A DNA stretch of 64,000 nucleotides from positions 32,001 through 96,000 of IMG/VR virus record IMGVR_UViG_2920693923_000001. The stretch is one strand, 5' to 3'. This document shows positions 60,994-64,000 of the stretch, piece after piece. The notes under the pieces are model-generated. The model had not been told where the DNA came from. It ran no database searches and worked only from the letters and a program-made list of their open reading frames with translations. The position numbers and the translations under genes are program-made. Each line of letters opens with the position of its first letter. Position 1 is the stretch's first letter. This DNA comes from a virus (Duplodnaviria > Caudoviricetes).

Positions 60994-62030
60994 TAAATAT
61001 GACACAGAGTAGAAATTATGCAAATAAGAAGGCAGGTTATGACACTGAGGGAGATCCATTGTGGAATATGGATGATATTAAGCGTTTAGTTGAATGGTTC
61101 GAGAAGCATAATGATTGGGATGGCTATTTAATAACGTTATTTGAGCTTTTGCTCGGTAGACGAATAGGTGATATCGTATGCTTGAGATGGTCTGACTTCT
61201 ACAAAAAAGATGGAAGAAAAGAAAATGAATTAAATCATTTTGTTGAGCAGAAAACAGGCAAAAATAATAAAATGCCGATCAGTAAAATGGTATTTGAGTC
61301 TATAGAAAATTATCTGGAGCATACCAAAATTGATCCTATGCAGCATTATGATGAGGAGATTTTCAAACATTCCGCTAAAGAAAAATGGAACAATATTGAA
61401 CATCAGTATTTTGCGAATGGGAAAAACACTATTACAAACGTTGATCATACAGTTGAAAATTGGATAAATATGTTCAATAGAGACTGGGGAGACAGAAGGA
61501 TTAAGAAAATTCAAGAAGGATTTAATGAACAATTAGGCAAACAATCGAGAAAATATGGTTGTTACGATGATATATTTGATTACATCCATTATGTAGTGGA
61601 ATTAAAGGACGCTATTAAATGGCATACGGATTCATATAGGAAGAGATTTAACCATGCAATTAGAGACATGAACCTGGATTATCGTGTAACAACACATGGC
61701 TTGCGTAAGAGCTTTGCATATTGGATTTATACAATGCACCAGTTTGATCCCAATTGTGTATATTCTATTCAGAAGATGTTTGGACATGTTAACGTATTAC
61801 AGACATATGACTATATGGGTGTTACCAAAATGAGAAACAGAAAATACATTGAAGATCATGGAGATTTTGTGCGGAATGTATTGGCAGGTAAGGGTGACGA
61901 AATTGTAAAGAATATGCCAGTCATTTCTTTAAAATCAGATGATTTTGGAAAGATTATTAGAATGCTTACTGATGATGTTGACAAATATCAAAAAGCAATT
62001 AATATGGCAAATGAAATGAGAGTTGTGTAA
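60990..62030 (+). CDS. tyrosine recombinase with intact catalytic residues
   Basis: LLGRRIGD (R), EQKTGK (K), THGLRKSF (HxxR), MFGH, TYDY (Y). Confidence 0.88.
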   Translation: MINMTQSRNYANKKAGYDTEGDPLWNMDDIKRLVEWFEKHNDWDGYLITLFELLLGRRIGDIVCLRWSDFYKKDGRKENELNHFVEQKTGKNNKMPISKMVFESIENYLEHTKIDPMQHYDEEIFKHSAKEKWNNIEHQYFANGKNTITNVDHTVENWINMFNRDWGDRRIKKIQEGFNEQLGKQSRKYGCYDDIFDYIHYVVELKDAIKWHTDSYRKRFNHAIRDMNLDYRVTTHGLRKSFAYWIYTMHQFDPNCVYSIQKMFGHVNVLQTYDYMGVTKMRNRKYIEDHGDFVRNVLAGKGDEIVKNMPVISLKSDDFGKIIRMLTDDVDKYQKAINMANEMRVV

Positions 62031-62098
62031 AATAAATTTCCATAAATTACCATGATACAAACTGAGAAAAAAGATGTAAAATTATGTAAAGACGATAC

Positions 62099-62272
62099 TT
62101 ACTGGGTATCGTCTTCATAATGTTTTTTTACTTCATTTGTTATGAGATTGCGTACCCAACCAGAAAGTGATCTACCATCTGAATTAGCTATTATATCAGC
62201 TTTTGTTTTTATCTCTTTTGGAAGTACAATCACAATTCTTGTATTGGTATCGCTAATTTGTCCTTGTGCCAT
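62099..62272 (-). CDS. 57-aa ribbon-helix-helix (Arc/CopG-like) regulator
   Basis: TRIVIVLPKEIK.KA..IA..DGRSLSGWVRNLI; AAAGGAG RBS; not in ORF track. Confidence 0.75.
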   Translation of the reverse strand: MAQGQISDTNTRIVIVLPKEIKTKADIIANSDGRSLSGWVRNLITNEVKKHYEDDTQ

Positions 62273-62298
62273 TTTTTCTCCTTTCTATTCGAATTAAT

Positions 62299-62395
62299 TG
62301 GTATAAGTTGATTATAAGTTGCTATAAGTCTTGTGTCAATTATTTAAAAAAACTGATACAAACCTGTTGACAAGTTGATAGCAACTTGCTATAAT
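62299..62395. promoter_or_regulatory. divergent promoter region with TATAAGT repeats
   Basis: TTGACA-17-TATAAT (62367-62395) with AAGTTG/CAACTT palindrome in spacer; TATAAGT x3 at 62302-62329. Confidence 0.7.
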
Positions 62396-62427
62396 AAGAA
62401 CAATCAAAGGAAAGGAGGATGTGAGTC

Positions 62428-62778
62428 ATGAATATTAATACATTTGATATTCTATTAATCAATTTTGGCAAAGTAGAATTTGATGGAGAGCAAGCTGGCA
62501 TAAGACCTGCAATAGTTATACAAAATACACTTGGAAACAGATTTAGTGATACAACTATAGTAATACCATTTACTACTAAAATAAAGAATATTGATCAATC
62601 TACACATTCTCTTTTTATGAGAGGAACTGGCGGTTTAACACAAAGTTCAATGTTATTAGGGGAATGTGTTAGACAAGTTTCCAAACAGAGAATAATAAAG
62701 AAGATTGGTTCAATTAGTGATAGGGCGACTAAATTGGAAGTTAAAAGAGTGTATGAATCAAACTTCGGGGAGGTGTAA
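62428..62778 (+). CDS. mazF: PemK/MazF-family protein
   Basis: DI.LINFG...GEQAGIRPAIVIQN..GN.FS.TTIVIPFTT. Confidence 0.88.
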   Translation: MNINTFDILLINFGKVEFDGEQAGIRPAIVIQNTLGNRFSDTTIVIPFTTKIKNIDQSTHSLFMRGTGGLTQSSMLLGECVRQVSKQRIIKKIGSISDRATKLEVKRVYESNFGEV

Positions 62779-62781
62779 TGT

Positions 62782-63084
62782 ATGGCATACATAATGATGA
62801 CTGTTGAAGAGGCAAAAAAATATGCGAAAAAAGATGCAATCGTCCTTGTTGCAACACAGGATTTAGCATCGCAAGATTGTAATGTTGATTTCGTAAAAAA
62901 GAAATTTGGAGAATGTACTGATATAATTGGATCTGCAAAAACTATTGCAAATATATGTGATGAATTTGTGAATCAACTCAGAGTATTTTCAGATATTCAA
63001 ACAGATCCAATCAACTATGAGTCAACTGGATATCTTAATACGATATTGTTTCGTTCGATGTCCAGAAAAACGGACACTCCATAA
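62782..63084 (+). CDS. hypothetical protein
   Basis: 100 aa with GGAGGTG RBS. Confidence 0.6.
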   Translation: MAYIMMTVEEAKKYAKKDAIVLVATQDLASQDCNVDFVKKKFGECTDIIGSAKTIANICDEFVNQLRVFSDIQTDPINYESTGYLNTILFRSMSRKTDTP

Positions 63085-63098
63085 GGTATAAATAATAC

Positions 63099-63149
63099 AG
63101 AACATATTTTCGATGCAATGTTGACATGTTCGAACAAGTGTTCTATAAT
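63099..63149 (+). promoter_or_regulatory. LexA-repressed sigma-A promoter
   Basis: TTGACA-17-TATAAT (63121-63149) with CGAAC-AAGT-GTTCT in the spacer; second weak box at 63099. Confidence 0.8.
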
Positions 63150-63358
63150 AAGACAAGAAAACAGCCTAACCGATTGATATAAGGTATTGCGAGTACCTTA
63201 AACGGATAGGCTGCCGTACATAACGTGTATACGCTACAACTGTATTGTTACATATTTTCAAATAAATGTCAAATGACATTATCTTTATTTATTTTTATCA
63301 TTGTTGCGTATCGCACATAAATTCATTTACACATAATTCATTCATGGAGAATTAATAA

Positions 63359-63431
63359 TGGGCTGTGGTGAAGCGGTTAACACCCCAGATTTTGACTCTG
63401 GTATTCGTGGGTTCAATCCCCACCAGCCTAG
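63359..63431 (+). tRNA. trnQ: tRNA-Gln(TTG)
   Basis: TGGGCTG/CAGCCTA acceptor; CCAGA-TTTTGAC-TCTGG; GGGTTCAATCCC. Confidence 0.9.
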
Positions 63432-63463
63432 CTAAAATTAAATATAAGGGAGGTTGTATATGG

Positions 63464-64000
63464 TTGGATTATATTATCAAAAATAGCAAAAAGGTGTATA
63501 TCCGGCTGACTAATAATGGGAAAACAGAAACATGTAATGAAACCAATATGGGTAGGTTTACAGAGCAAAAAGCGAAGAATATTCTAAAGGCTTTACCCAA
63601 AACTCTGAAAAATCTGAATTTCTATGTTGAGTGCATACCAGATATTAAAGTTGAGACACCTGTACAGAAAATTGTCAGAGAAGAGTCTAAGCATGTGATT
63701 GAAAATACTGACTATCATCCATCGGATAATGTGACACAATGGATTGAAAAATTTGGCACATGTTATGACATATTTAAAGAAGCTAGAGACAGATATGAAT
63801 ACTTAGAGAAAGAATTAAGGATGTCTGATTCTAGTTTGATGGATATTTTACATAGTATTGAGCTTGAAACTTCAAAGGATTTGTATTCTGCTTGGCTTCT
63901 ATATAAGAAGATCAGGGAGAATAGAAGGAATAGACGACAGCTCAAGGATGAAATGATGATTATACATAATATTCTGCGAGAAATCGATGAAACCAAGATC
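63464..64000 (+). CDS. hypothetical coiled-coil protein, runs off window
   Basis: GGGAGG RBS, TTG start, open to end of window (MDYIIKNSKKVYIRL...DILHSIEL...RRNRRQLKDE). Confidence 0.7.
   Translation, partial: MDYIIKNSKKVYIRLTNNGKTETCNETNMGRFTEQKAKNILKALPKTLKNLNFYVECIPDIKVETPVQKIVREESKHVIENTDYHPSDNVTQWIEKFGTCYDIFKEARDRYEYLEKELRMSDSSLMDILHSIELETSKDLYSAWLLYKKIRENRRNRRQLKDEMMIIHNILREIDETKI

Overview
This AT-rich window comes from a large tailed phage or prophage of a Firmicutes host, probably Clostridia/Lachnospiraceae (inferred from sigma-A promoters and Gram-positive SOS boxes). Its architecture resembles Bacillus phage SPbeta. The left arm (1-38.1 kb, mostly minus strand) holds tail, lysis, head, portal and terminase genes with an embedded cysteine desulfurase. 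It continues with a tRNA/ncRNA-rich island (Ku, a type I toxin-antitoxin locus), a XerC-like recombinase, HU, a metallophosphoesterase, a beta-CASP nuclease, a YonO-like single-subunit RNA polymerase, and a Rep-like winged-helix gene with iterons. A 1.6 kb non-coding strand-switch region carries SOS boxes and three tandem sigma-A promoters that share a palindrome. The right arm (39.7-64 kb, plus strand) is a long run of small early/accessory genes, including two orphan HicA, RelB/DinJ-MazF and an NDT/TIR-like pair. It ends in a second tyrosine recombinase, an RHH/MazF divergent pair and an SOS-controlled tRNA-Gln. The most notable unexplained signals are: (1) 18 copies of a palindrome (G/T)AAA-N6-TTT(C/A/T) at gene boundaries of the accessory array upstream of an intact tyrosine recombinase, suggesting an integron-like cassette system; (2) a ~520-nt ornate pseudoknotted ncRNA and a triple T-loop RNA in the tRNA island; (3) strong local strand-specific enrichment of AAGGCAG in the first 7 kb of the early region; (4) a co-oriented GAGAATA element as a candidate phage promoter; (5) repeated ATA/ATC start codons. 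All calls come from manual reading; no database search was run.
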